Source: Podarcis muralis
Taxonomy: Eukaryota
Reading direction: 5' to 3'
Length of the DNA stretch: 64,000 nt
Assembly (NCBI RefSeq): GCF_964188315.1
Contig: NC_135667.1
Span: 26,784,001-26,848,000, forward strand
This document shows, in pieces, positions 12,344 through 23,612 of the stretch. Within the stretch, counting starts at the first letter, position 1; each line of letters starts with the position of its first letter. Under the pieces are notes generated by a model. That model worked only from the letters and a program-made list of their open reading frames with translations, ran no database searches and was not told the origin of the DNA. The translations under genes were made by a program, and so were the position numbers.

Positions 12344-13313
12344 GCTTGGTTTCTGAACTATATGAATGATGCAACCAGCCTCCTAAACCCCAGAGAGATA
12401 CCTAGGTTATTTAAAGTTCCATGGGATTTCTACATTGCCCAAAGCCTAGTACTTCTGAGGGCTAGGTTTTAAATCTCCAGGTAATTAATTCTTGTAGTTC
12501 AAAATGTCTGATTTATACAGAGATTATAATGTATGAACTGGGGTGAATATTGCAAAAAGGATCCCTCAGAGATGGGTGTGTCCCCAGCTTAATACAGAGG
12601 CCCCAATTGGAACACAGTGCTCCTTGAGGAGAAGCACCTCACACTGGAGTTTACACCACTAGACCCACAACCAACCACTCCCACTTCCACTTGTACCTTT
12701 TGTCTCCCTTTCAGAAATGGGGGGAAATGTATTTTGAGGGAGAGTATAGGAAGTGGCAAATGGAATATATTTTTCCTATTAAACTGTGTAAATGGGCCAC
12801 ACAATAGCATTTCACCTCCATCCCTAAACAAGATTTGACTGGATATCCAAATATATAAAATGGTTTTAGTTAGAAATATTCATGTATGGGATCTTAATAT
12901 TTATACTGAGCGGAATATGTTTTTGGCATTATTATTGTTTCTTACGTAGGCATGGATAGACCCCCTGAATTCTGGTCCATCCCTGTTTTCAGAGGGGATG
13001 GGACTAAGAAAAATATATCTGCCACCATTGTTTACATGGGGCAGCCATACAATTCCCCCTGAGAGTGACATGATGTCATCAAGTCTCCTCGCTCTCTCTC
13101 AGGGTGATTGCTCTATGAGTAAGTGTGTGACAACAAGGACCACCACGTGATGGCTACCCAGATAGATCTGTGGGCAGACAGATATCCTAATTTAGAAGTG
13201 TTAAAGGGGAAAGGGGATAAGGATGAAGGCAGTGAGAAAACCACTGAGCCACCTGGTAAAGTCATCCACTATTCCACAGATTCTGAATAGCCCATTGATC
13301 TGTTCCATATTGT

Positions 13314-13433
13314 GATCCATCCTCTTTGGATCAGCTGTGTCTCCTTTGAATTTGAGAAAGGTTGATTTGAGAAAGGAGGAATCAACCTTTCTCAAATTCA
13401 AAGGAGACACAGCTGATCCAAAGAGGATGGATC
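13314..13433. repeat. Perfect inverted repeat with 54-bp arms and a 12-nt spacer
   Basis: Arms 13314-13367 and 13380-13433 were checked base by base. Confidence 0.97.
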
Positions 13434-14793
13434 CCTCTTCTTATCTGCTCCTACTTATTAGAATTGTTATAATGTTTTGGGAGGAGTTGTTTAAAGCTCA
13501 GATAAATGTTTTTAAATGTATTGTCATGCAGTTTGGGAAGAAAGTCAACACACTGGGAAGAAACTGGGGAAGAAAGCCACGCAATGTACACTATGAGAGC
13601 ATACAGTGTAGGAAAGTGCTGGGGAACTTCATGTCTAGGAGCCAAATGGGTCCCTCCAAGTTTCTCTGTTTGGATCTTGGGACTCCCCAAACACCACAAC
13701 ACTTCATTGGCCGCACACATCTCTTTCCAGGCCACCTTCCTCCCACTGACCCTGCTTAGAAACCTCAGTGAGTGTTTTCAGATGACTGGAATGTGCCCTT
13801 GAGCTCTGATAATCCCGTTTGTTTTCATGGATGAAGCAAAAAGAGGTCTGTGTCTGTCAGGATGCTGTCATCCTGGTTGCCCAGGAAAGTATAAAGACAA
13901 GGAAAAGTTTCTTACAGTCCTTTTTTATTTTAAAAAAATCTACAGAGAGAGGCTATAGAACCCAGACTCTGGGATAATGCCGTTGTTCTGAGTGAATCTC
14001 CACATACACCCCGTCTCTCCCACTTCCTCATTTGTCGTCATTATCTCCTCCTTTACAGGTGCCGCTAAGTGCCCTCAGTCTTTGACCTCTTTGATTTCCT
14101 ACTTTTAAGGCTCGTCATGTTCTGGAAGATGGTGGGTCTAGAATTTTTTCTAATGACAACATGTCGGTCAGCTATTATTTCTCAACTTTCCCATCTACCT
14201 TTGAGCTGTAACCTCCTGCAAACCCCTGTTGTAACTCTATACTGCCTTCCTCTTCCAGTGTGTAGAAATAAACCTACTGAGGAAAGTAAAAAATTATATT
14301 GATTGCATGGCCCATTTTTACTACTGCCCTTCCCCGGATTGAACTTTGCTCAGAAGGAAAGAGGCCATCGGTCTGAAAATGTTCCCCACTCCTGACATAA
14401 AGAAAACATGCAATTGCATTAGTTGTAATAAACTAAGACACATTTCTTAAGGACCTAGATTTTTATTTATTTTTTTTAAAAAATTCAAAATTATTTTTCT
14501 GAGCAGTCCCAACAGACAGTCAAGATGCAGAAATAAGCAGCTTTCTTGACCAAAGTGCTTCAGAGATTTTAGTGGGAGAATCTATTTTACCACATGAATT
14601 ATCTTTATTATTTATACCACCCATGATGGGCTGGTCTAGAAATGCTTAATAAATATTTTACATCATAATCCCCCCACACCCACTAAGTGAGCCGTACTGC
14701 TGAAACTACTCCAGAGATCTGCATCTAAGCAGAGAAGTATGTGAGGAATATTACCAATAAATAAATGGTGCTGTGAAATTTGCAGCCCATCTT

Positions 14794-15756
14794 CTAAATT
14801 CCTGTATGAATTGCAAATTTCATAGAACCCTTTTTAAGGGCCCCCTTGACATCATTGTTTCTTAAGCTATATACGATGGGGTTGAGAAGGGGAGTCAATA
14901 TGGTGTACAGGAGAGAAAAAACTTTGTTCAAGTTTCTCAGGATGCTTGTCTTGGGTACAATGTAGACTATAATCAGTGTCCCATAGAAAACTGTCACCAT
15001 TATCAAGTGAGAGGAGCAAGTAGAGAAAACCTTCTGCCTGCTGGAACGCGAAGAGATCTTCAGGATGGAGGTGATGATGCAAACATAGGATGCCAGGGTC
15101 AACAGGAAAGGAGGAAAGGCACACAGTGATGACAATATTAAAATTGAGGTGTCTATTGTATGTGTATTACTGCATGACAAGTCAATGACTGGGCCAATAT
15201 CACAAAAGAAGTGGTCAATCTCATTAGGGCCACAAAAGACTAACTGGGACATGAGAGATGTGGTTATGGTGGCAGCTAAGCCCCCACTCACCCAGGAACC
15301 AGCAGCCAGTTGAAGACACAATCTGTCTGTCATTTGGATAGCATAATGCAATGGCTTGCATATGGCTAAGTAACGATCAAAGGACATTGCAGCCAGGAGG
15401 AAGCACTCTGTAGTAACAAGTATGCCAAAAATGTAAAATTGTGTGACACAAGCAGTGAATGAAATGGACCTGTCCCCTGTAAAGAGACTATAGAGCATCC
15501 TGGGCAGAATGGTGGAGCTGTAGAAGGTCTCCAAGCAAGACAAGTTCCCTAGGAAGTAATACATGGGTGTGTGAAGGTGCTGGTCAGACACAACAAGCAG
15601 AAGGATGATAAGGTTCCCAGAGATGGTCACAATGTAAATCGCCAAAAACAGCAACAGGAGAACAGTTTGCAGATTCTGACCACCCTCAAACCCCAGGAGA
15701 ATGAATTCTGTGATCATGGTTTGATTTGCCCCATTTTGCACTTGCCAGGAGATCAT
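14794..15756 (-). CDS. Olfactory receptor OR-B copy 1
   Basis: Full OR motif set. The likely ATG (MISWQ) is at 15756, after the acceptor ttttccag. Confidence 0.93.
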   Translation of the reverse strand: MISWQVQNGANQTMITEFILLGFEGGQNLQTVLLLLFLAIYIVTISGNLIILLLVVSDQHLHTPMYYFLGNLSCLETFYSSTILPRMLYSLFTGDRSISFTACVTQFYIFGILVTTECFLLAAMSFDRYLAICKPLHYAIQMTDRLCLQLAAGSWVSGGLAATITTSLMSQLVFCGPNEIDHFFCDIGPVIDLSCSNTHTIDTSILILSSLCAFPPFLLTLASYVCIITSILKISSRSSRQKVFSTCSSHLIMVTVFYGTLIIVYIVPKTSILRNLNKVFSLLYTILTPLLNPIVYSLRNNDVKGALKKGSMKFAIHTGI

Positions 15757-15917
15757 GTAGATAAGATTTGCACACTGGAAAACAAGAATGGAAGGATTTA
15801 ATTTACGGCAGTGTTGAAGCAATCTTTGTAATATGTAATTCTAGGTTTGGAGTGTGAATTTTACAATGGTGAGGTGTTTGAACACTGTTCACTTTCTGCT
15901 AGCCAGATTTATCACCT

Positions 15918-16010
15918 AAATTCTGTAATCATGACATGATTGCTCCATTTTGCACTTGCCAGCACGAAATGTAGATAAGATCTGAACACTGGAAAACAAA
16001 AAAAGAAAGG
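15918..16010 (-). pseudogene. Duplicated OR-B acceptor and N-terminus stub (also 29563-29655)
   Basis: Diverged copy of 15705-15795 (ttccagtg...gcaagtgcaaaatgg...atgattacagaatt). Confidence 0.7.
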
Positions 16011-16152
16011 AGAAAAAGGGTAGAACTAAACTGAAAGCGTATTTGAAAGAAACTAGAAAATGTATAGGTGTGGCTCTCACAATGTGAATTTTGTAACTGG
16101 ATATTTTTAGCCACACACTTGGCAGCAGCTCCTGCTGCTCCTGCTGCTTCTC

Positions 16153-16155
<3 letters not shown>

Positions 16156-16195
<40 letters not shown>
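16156..16195. repeat. (CT)n microsatellite (about 6 bp longer in copy II near 29800-29845)
   Basis: Read directly from the sequence. Confidence 0.95.
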
Positions 16196-16200
<5 letters not shown>

Positions 16201-16253
16201 CTCTGCTAGCAGAGGAGGGTGGGGGTTTGGGGGGGTAGTAAGATGGGCACATG

Positions 16254-16610
16254 AGGGATGTGGGTGGCGCTTTGGGTTAAACCACAGAGCCTAGGACTTG
16301 CTGATCAGAAGGTCGGCGGTTCAAATCCCCGCGACGGGGTGAGCTCCCGTTGCTCGGTCCCAGCTCCTGCCAACCTAGCAGTTCGAAAGCACGTCAAAGT
16401 GCAAGTAGATAAGTAGGTACCGCTCCAGCGGGGAGGTAAACGGCGTTTCCGTGCGCTGCTCTGGTTCGCCAGAAGTGGCTTAGTCATGCCGGCCACATGA
16501 CCCGGAAGCTGTACACCGGCTCCCTCAGCCAGCAAAGCGAGATGAGCGCTGCAACCCCAGAGTCGGTCATGACTGGACCTAATGGTCAGGGGTCCCTTTC
16601 CCTTTACCTT
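16254..16610 (+). mobile_element. Sauria SINE, full length
   Basis: tRNA-like head, acctt tail, and 14-bp TSD taaga(t/g)gggcacat. Confidence 0.92.
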
Positions 16611-17738
16611 TAAGAGGGGCACATATCATCCAGCACCACAGGATTACTCAAGACTTTGAGATTGTATTGCAGGGCAGATCTCAGTGGTTTTATTAAATTC
16701 TGAAGCTGAATTGATTTTGCACAGCAATATCAAAAAGCAACATCAATAAGCAATATCAAAAATATCCAGTGGTGATAAAATGTGGACCTCATCTTTTCCC
16801 ATTCTGTAAATATGTGAGAAAGGTTGCCTTACCTTTAAACGTGTCTACTGTAGAATGAGCAGTGTTGTGCATTCTCTCCGCAGCAATATCAGCGCCTGAA
16901 GGTTCAAAACATCCTTTGACATCTTTAACTCCAGTACCTGTCTTCAGGCTGATACTAACAACAATGCAGGGAATCAATCTGAACACTTCTAGATCATGAT
17001 GTCCCAAAGGCATCGCTCTTATTTGCCATTGATCCTAGAGGGGAACTTAGCACTCCTCTTTGGGTTATTTACTCCTTTTATCCTGGAGGAATGTGTAATT
17101 TCCCTTGACATTTGTTCACAGCAAGAATGTCAACTACTTTAAACTGCCAGAAAATTAATTCTACTTTGAGAATGCAGTAAAATTTAAGGCCAGGCAGAGC
17201 CATCAAAATAATATTGTTTTCCTTTTGTTTTGCTACTGTGATTAACTGTACAGGAAGAAACTCGTTGAAGTTCATGGGGCATGAACTAGTCAAGCCAAAA
17301 CATTTTCAACTTCCATTTGCTTCCGGAGGGAGAGCTAGGCACTTGCTAGCATTGCTCCCATTGAAAAAGAAAGAGGCTGGGAACTATTTAACTTGGACTG
17401 CTCTGTCTATATATTAGTAACAGGCAGTCCTGGACTACACACACTAAGGGAATGATCCAGCCCCACAGAAGCACTGTTACAAGGTATGCATCTGAACCCA
17501 TATGTGTGTCCACCACTTACATGTGTTCTATGCACATTCCTGAGAGGATTCGAAACTTTTGCCATAGTCAATATGTGCATGTGTTATGAATGTATCTCTA
17601 CTGTTAACCCATATACCTAATAAAAATGTTCACAAACAAGAGCATTAAAGAAGAATTGGTTTATGACATGAAATGAAAGACAGAGTATACAGATGCTCTT
17701 TCGGACAGCAAGGTTACAGGTGGACAGCGGTGTATATA

Positions 17739-17980
17739 CAGTGGTACCTCGGGTTACAGACACTTCAGGTTACAGACGCTTCAGGTTACAGACTCCACTA
17801 ACCCAGAAATAGTACCTTGAATTAAGAACTTTGCTTCAGGATGAGAACACAAATCGCACAGTGGCGGCATAGAGGCAGCGGGAGGCCCCATTAGCTAAAG
17901 TGGTACCTCGGGTTAAGAACGGTTTCATGTTAAGAACAGACCTCCAGAAAGAATTAAGTTCTTAACCCGAGGTACCACTG
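17739..17980. mobile_element. Tc1/mariner MITE (copy at 31390-31631)
   Basis: TIR cagtggtacctcgggtta with TA TSD. Confidence 0.9.
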
Positions 17981-19098
17981 TACCTTAGATTTGAAGGGTA
18001 AAAGAGATTCTCTAATTACCCAAGCTTGAACAGTGAACACAACCATTTGCCATAGACACATACTAATCAGAAAGAGAAAAGGAGTTAATATACCTGATCT
18101 AGCTGTAAGTAGATCATTGAGTCAGGGATAGAAGATGTGTTCCTTCTGTTTCAAAATTAAGATTTGCCCTTAAAATCTTATATCACCGTAACTACAGTGT
18201 GTGTCACTCATTCCTTGGTCCATATTCTAGCAAAGCTAAAGAGTTCAACCTTGAGATCAGAAAGTGAAAAGGGAGTTCTAGTGGAGCTCTGAGCTTCCCA
18301 ACGATTGAAAATCTGGGGCATGAACACTATTTTGAACCCGTGTAAATCTCAGAAAAGGAGGTGGAGCTTCCTGGTTGAGTTAATATTGTAGTATCGTCAT
18401 TCCTTGGAATCATTGCTTCTTTCTTGCAAGTTCCTGTCTGTTTACCACTTTGTTTATTCTGGTTGAAGTTGAAGGGACATGGTCCTAGTTAGAAATGACT
18501 AATTGGTTATCTGTGGTTTTTCTTGAATAATGAATTTATTAATATAAGACGATTTCATCATCTAGGCAGAATTCTATTCCTTTTTACATGAAGTGATGAT
18601 TAAACTTAGTTGGATAGTAACACAGGATCAGGGTGCTGACCTTTAATTTAATATTAAGAGTTCCAGATATATGCTTGTACTTTCCGGGATATGTATAAAG
18701 CAAGGTCTGTTACCGGGGTCAAAGACAGCCCTTTAAGGGGCATATTTCATATTCAGGTAATGCCAACTGCAGTGATGCCCTGCTCCTCAGTTATAATCCA
18801 GATTCACCCAGCATTACAGCACTATTAAGGATCATGACACAGGACAGGTGCAATCCTGCTTCTACCTCTTCCCCATCCCCGCTTCTGTGCCTAACAGTAA
18901 GTTGGGAGAGGGGAATTTAAAGAGGTTTTCAGATAATGTTTTTGGCATGTGGCCAAAGTGCGAAGAGAAAGTGGACACGCTCCCACCCCCCGAGCTGAAA
19001 GACCCACCCTATCATCTGGTCCAAAAACAGGTTCCTAGAGCTCAGTAGGCATAAGCTCACCACCCTGCTTCAATTAGTGGTATTAGTACTACTACACC

Positions 19099-19468
19099 TG
19101 CTTTTGATTTATGGTGCTGGAGGAGACTCTTGAGAGTCCCATGGACTGCAAGAAGATCAAACCTATCCATTCTGAAGGAAATCAGCCCTGAGTGCTCACT
19201 GGAAGGACAGATCCTGAAACTGAGGCTCCAATACTTTGCCCACCTCATGAGAAGATAAGACTCCCTGGAAAAGACCCTGATGTTGGGGAAGATGGAGGGC
19301 ACAAGGAGAAGGGGACGACAGAGGACGAGATGGTTGGACACTGTTCTCGAAGCTACCAGCATGAGTTTGACAAAACTGCGGGAGGCAGTGGAAGGCAGGA
19401 GTGCCTGGCGTGCTCTGGTCCAGGGGGTCACGAAAAGTCAGACACTACTAAACGACTAAACAACAAGA
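19099..19468 (+). mobile_element. BovB (RTE) LINE 3' fragment (copy at 32752-33121)
   Basis: RVPWTARRSN...KLRLQYF coding remnant, aacaacaa tail, and 11-bp TSD actactacacc. Confidence 0.92.
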
Positions 19469-20177
19469 ACTACTACACCACATCATACTCATTTCTGATT
19501 TGTATGAACTCATTTGTTTATTGTGGCAGCCCCTGCACTTTCTGTACTCCTTTCAGTACCTGTTAAAAACATTCTTATTTAGACAAGCCTACCCAGATGC
19601 TTAGAAAATTGAGGTCATTTGAATCTGTTTTAGTATTTTTATTTTTGTGTGTTTAAGGTTGCAAATTTTTCTCAAGTTTATTGTTTGATTATTTTTGGAA
19701 TCTGCTTTGAAGTTTTTAATAATCAAGTGGCATATACATTTTATGAAATAAAAAAATTAAAAGAAATAATTGAGATACTTAATTGTGCATATCCCTGATA
19801 TGCATATATAATAGCTCCTTTCAGATGTGGCACTGAATGCAAGAACATCTTGGAGTCATGGTTGGTAGGGATATTCCTCAGGCCCAACGGCCCAACAGGT
19901 TGGGAATTTATCCTTGCCCTGGACCCCGGGCCAAGCAACGATATTGGTCAGTTGGTCCCGCGCTAAGGCAATGCCCTCTAATTCCTGCCACCATTGGCCA
20001 ATTTGGTGGCAGGAGGACGATCAGAGAGGAGACCCAGGGCCCACCAACAAAGCGTCCTTAATCGTGCATCAGTGAAATGGGTACCTTCATTTGTACGAGG
20101 AATTAAAGGGAGCGGAAACCAATGTGAGAACATGTTTTCCTCTGCTGCAGACTATAGGGACAAAACAATGTAAGATA

Positions 20178-20399
20178 CAGTGGTACCTCGGGTTAAGTAC
20201 TTAATTCGTTCTGGAGGTCCGTTCTTAACCTGAAACTGTTCTTAACCTGAAGCACCACTTTAGCTAATGGGGCCTCCCGCTGCTGCTGCAGCGCCACCGC
20301 TATGCAATTTCTGTTCTCACCCTGAAGCAAAACCCGAGGTACTATTTCTGGGTTAGCGGAGTCTGTAACCTGAAGCTTATGTAACCCGAGGTACCACTG
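20178..20399. mobile_element. Tc1/mariner MITE (copy at 33869-34090)
   Basis: Same TIRs and TA TSD; absent from the paralogous site near 46750. Confidence 0.9.
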
Positions 20400-20487
20400 T
20401 AATGGAGTAATTAAACCATCCTCATCAAGGGTTTCATAAGCTGGGCCAACTCATTCCCTCCCCAAATTTTCCCCAAAGGATTATCAT

Positions 20488-20895
20488 GCTGAGATGGAAA
20501 GAAGATAAAGTCCCAACCAGAGACGAATGACTGAAAAAGATGATGGACTATGCCAAAATGGCGAAAATGACTGGGGAAATTGGAAACCAGGAAGAAAGAA
20601 ACTTTAATAAGGAATAGGAGAAATTTACAAATTATCTAAGAAAATATTGTAAACAACTAAAAACTTTGGCAGGATTTGAGTAACACTTGTAATGTACTAT
20701 AAACTAAGATGAAAATGGATTATTTTAAGAAAAATGGGGAAAATATATGATGCAGTTGAAAAAGAATGGAAATGGAAACCATGGAAGGCTGGAGGGAAGT
20801 CCAAGGATTTAGGGAATCCTAAATGTCGATGATCATGTCCATTGTTTGAATTTAAATGTGTAGTGTAAAGCTGAATTAACAAGTATTAAAAAAAA
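20488..20895 (+). mobile_element. L1-like LINE 3' fragment (copy at ~34179-34586)
   Basis: WKEDKVPT...MMDYAKMAK ORF2 C-terminal remnant with an A-tail; absent at the paralog near 46830. Confidence 0.7.
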
Positions 20896-21694
20896 CCCTC
20901 TAAAGGTCATCATCCTTATGGAAACTTTGAACCTACCCTGAGCCCCATTGATACCTCCCTCCTGTATGTGTGTGGCTGATTTGCTTACATTAGCAACAAC
21001 ACTTACCACCTGAGCATTGGATATAGAAGGAATGGCATAGCACTCATCACAACACTGCTTTTGAAAATGAATGCTTGCCACAAAGGCTGCTCCATTGCAG
21101 CAAATGGGGCACTGCCCCACCAACCTCATTCTTCCCTCAACCAGCCCCCAACTGCCTGCCTTCTTGCACCTACTCCAGGGGATGGCACTGCTTATGGCAG
21201 CTTCCTTCTCCTTATTATCAGTCTTCCCAGTTGTAGAACATAACATGGAGGCGGATGGGGACCACAGCAGAATTGACTAGCTCTGCTCATCATTGGCTTT
21301 GGCTCCACCTCCTGTTGGGATCTCTTCCCCATGAGTTCCAAAAGTCCTTGATCTCCCTTAATCCCTTTTGTGTTCATGGATGAAGCAAAGCAAGTTCTGT
21401 GTGTAAAATTTAACCTACTGCAGAAAGTAAAAAAAAAGTATTGATTGCTTGGCCCACTTTTTCTACTGCCCTTCCCCAGACTGAAGTTTACTCAGAAAGA
21501 GAGTGGCCATCAAGCGGATAACGTTTCCCACCCCTGACACAAAGAAAGCATGCAATTGCATTAGTTGTAATAAACTAAGGCACATTTCTTAAGGACCTAG
21601 ATTTTGATAAAAAATGTATCCAAAAGACAGCCCATTGGGGGGCATATTTAATATTCAGGTAATTCCAACTACACTGATGCCCTGATCCACAGTT

Positions 21695-22135
21695 TTTTAT
21701 ATATATATAATTTCCAAAAAAAAAATATTGCTTTTCCAAACATTTTAAACAGACAAACAAACAAACATAGATCTCAGCTGTATTGATCCAATCTTAGTAA
21801 CATTGTTAAGTGACTTCCTCAAATCCCCCTGGCTGAGTTTCAGTGTATATCATTGTAACAGTTTTCCAAAACCAATTTCCTCATAAAATAAACTTAATCA
21901 CTTAACATCTTTCTTTCTTTTCATTTTAACTTTAAACATATTATTCTCTAACATCACGTATTTAAATCCTAAGTAAGCCTATCTGATATTTGCAAGTTTT
22001 TTCCAATTACATTATCTTAGCGTATTTAAGTAAATAGTCTTTGAATTTCATCCATTCCTCCTGGTACTCCTCCTCCTTCTGGTTGCGGACTCTTCCAGCC
22101 AGGGGGACAAGCTCTGGAAAGTCCATAATCTTCAT
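21695..22135 (-). mobile_element. L1-like LINE 3' fragment (copy at 35385-35825)
   Basis: QEEWMKFKDYL remnant, T-rich tail, and 12-bp TSD tgatccacagtt. Confidence 0.8.
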
Positions 22136-22449
22136 TGATCCACAGTTATAATCCAGATTCACACCCAGCATTACAGCACTATTGAGGATCATGACACAGG
22201 ACAGGTGTGATCCTACTTCCACCTCTTCCCCATCCCCGCTTCTGTGCCTAACAGTAAGTTGGGAGATGGGAATTTAAAGAGGGTCTCAGATAATGTTTTT
22301 GGCATGTGGCCAAGGTGTGAAGAGAAAGTGGACCCCCCTGAGCTGACAGACCCACCCTATCATCTGGTCCAGAAACGGGTCCCTAGAACTCAGTAGGCAT
22401 AAGCTCACCACAATGCTTTGATTAGTGGAATTAGTACACCAAGAAAGAA

Positions 22450-22473
22450 CTAAACAACTGTTCCATTTCCCAT
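22450..22473 (-). pseudogene. OR-C 5' stub (MGNGTVV*)
   Basis: Matches OR-C 9284-9304, followed by a TAG created at the duplication junction. Confidence 0.8.
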
Positions 22474-23612
22474 GTCTGACATGACTCCAGTGCTATTGGG
22501 AAGAAGAGAGAATTTCATTTATTGGTTTATAGTCTTGTTAAAATATCAACAAAACATGAGATCACCATAACCTTTGCAAACACAGCACACGAGTGCAATT
22601 TTGAAAGGTTGACAAAGCACATAATATGGATAATTACAAGGAGCGTTTGTTTCTTTTTGCATTGTCCACTTGGGGACATTTTGAAGATTAGAATATATAA
22701 ACCCATGCCGTTAAAAAGAGAGAGAATATTACAGAGACTCATCAGCACTTCTTCTAAAACTTCCTTGGTGAAAAGCCAGTGTTGTAGAGTGGTTAGAGCA
22801 GACCTCCCTGACCTGGTTCCATGAAGAGGATTTGGACTGCAATTCCCATCATCCCCGGCCAATACAGTGCTCCAGTTGGAGTGGGTTTAGAGCATGATGC
22901 TTACACTGCGGATACCTGGATTTAAATTCCCACTCAATCCTAAAGTTCAGCAGATGACTTTAAAATGGGAGACCTCCCAGCAGAAAGAAAAAACACTGCA
23001 TGGGTGATTTATATACCTGATGGGGAACTGTTACACTTTTCCTAAGTGCCTGGAAGTCTGCCCCTTTTTTCTTCTTGTGACTAGTGACTTCCCATACGCT
23101 GTTATCTAAGTGTGCCACTTACCCCAAGTCACACAGGAGCTCAAGAAACAGCAGAAATGGAAGGCCAGTTCTTGGAGGAAAATGATTAAGACAAAAGTTA
23201 TTGGCTTGTATCCATCAGTTCTATTCAGAGTAAACCCATGGAAAGCTGTGAATATGACTAACTGAGCTCCAATAATTTCAATGGTTCTGTTCTGAGTAGA
23301 ACTGCATCTAACTGATTCAGCACATGAAGAAGACCAGAAAATATGGTGGTACACAGCCTTCCAATCTTCCCTGTGCTTTCAATCCTTGGGGCTTCCAATT
23401 ATGCCACCCCACCCTGAGCAAACCTGGAGACCATCACCATACCTCAATTCTATTCCTGAATTCGTTCACGGGCAGAATTTAAGGTAAAAAAAAATCCACC
23501 TCTAATCCCCTTAACATTCACTGTGAGATGAAAGATCACAGTGGACCCAGGCTTTTGCAGACATGGATACTTGAACTACCTGATAAACTTAAAGAAAATA
23601 GAAGAGTTCAAA

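Larger units (their letters stand above)
9284..12520. repeat. Older paralogous module A1 (homologous to 22453-25983 and 36143-39670)
   Basis: Collinear but visibly more diverged than the recent copies. Confidence 0.9.

Noticed and set aside
13201-13759. Overlapping ORFs on both strands sharing the start MSPLNLRKVD
   Set aside because: This is an artefact of the perfect palindrome.
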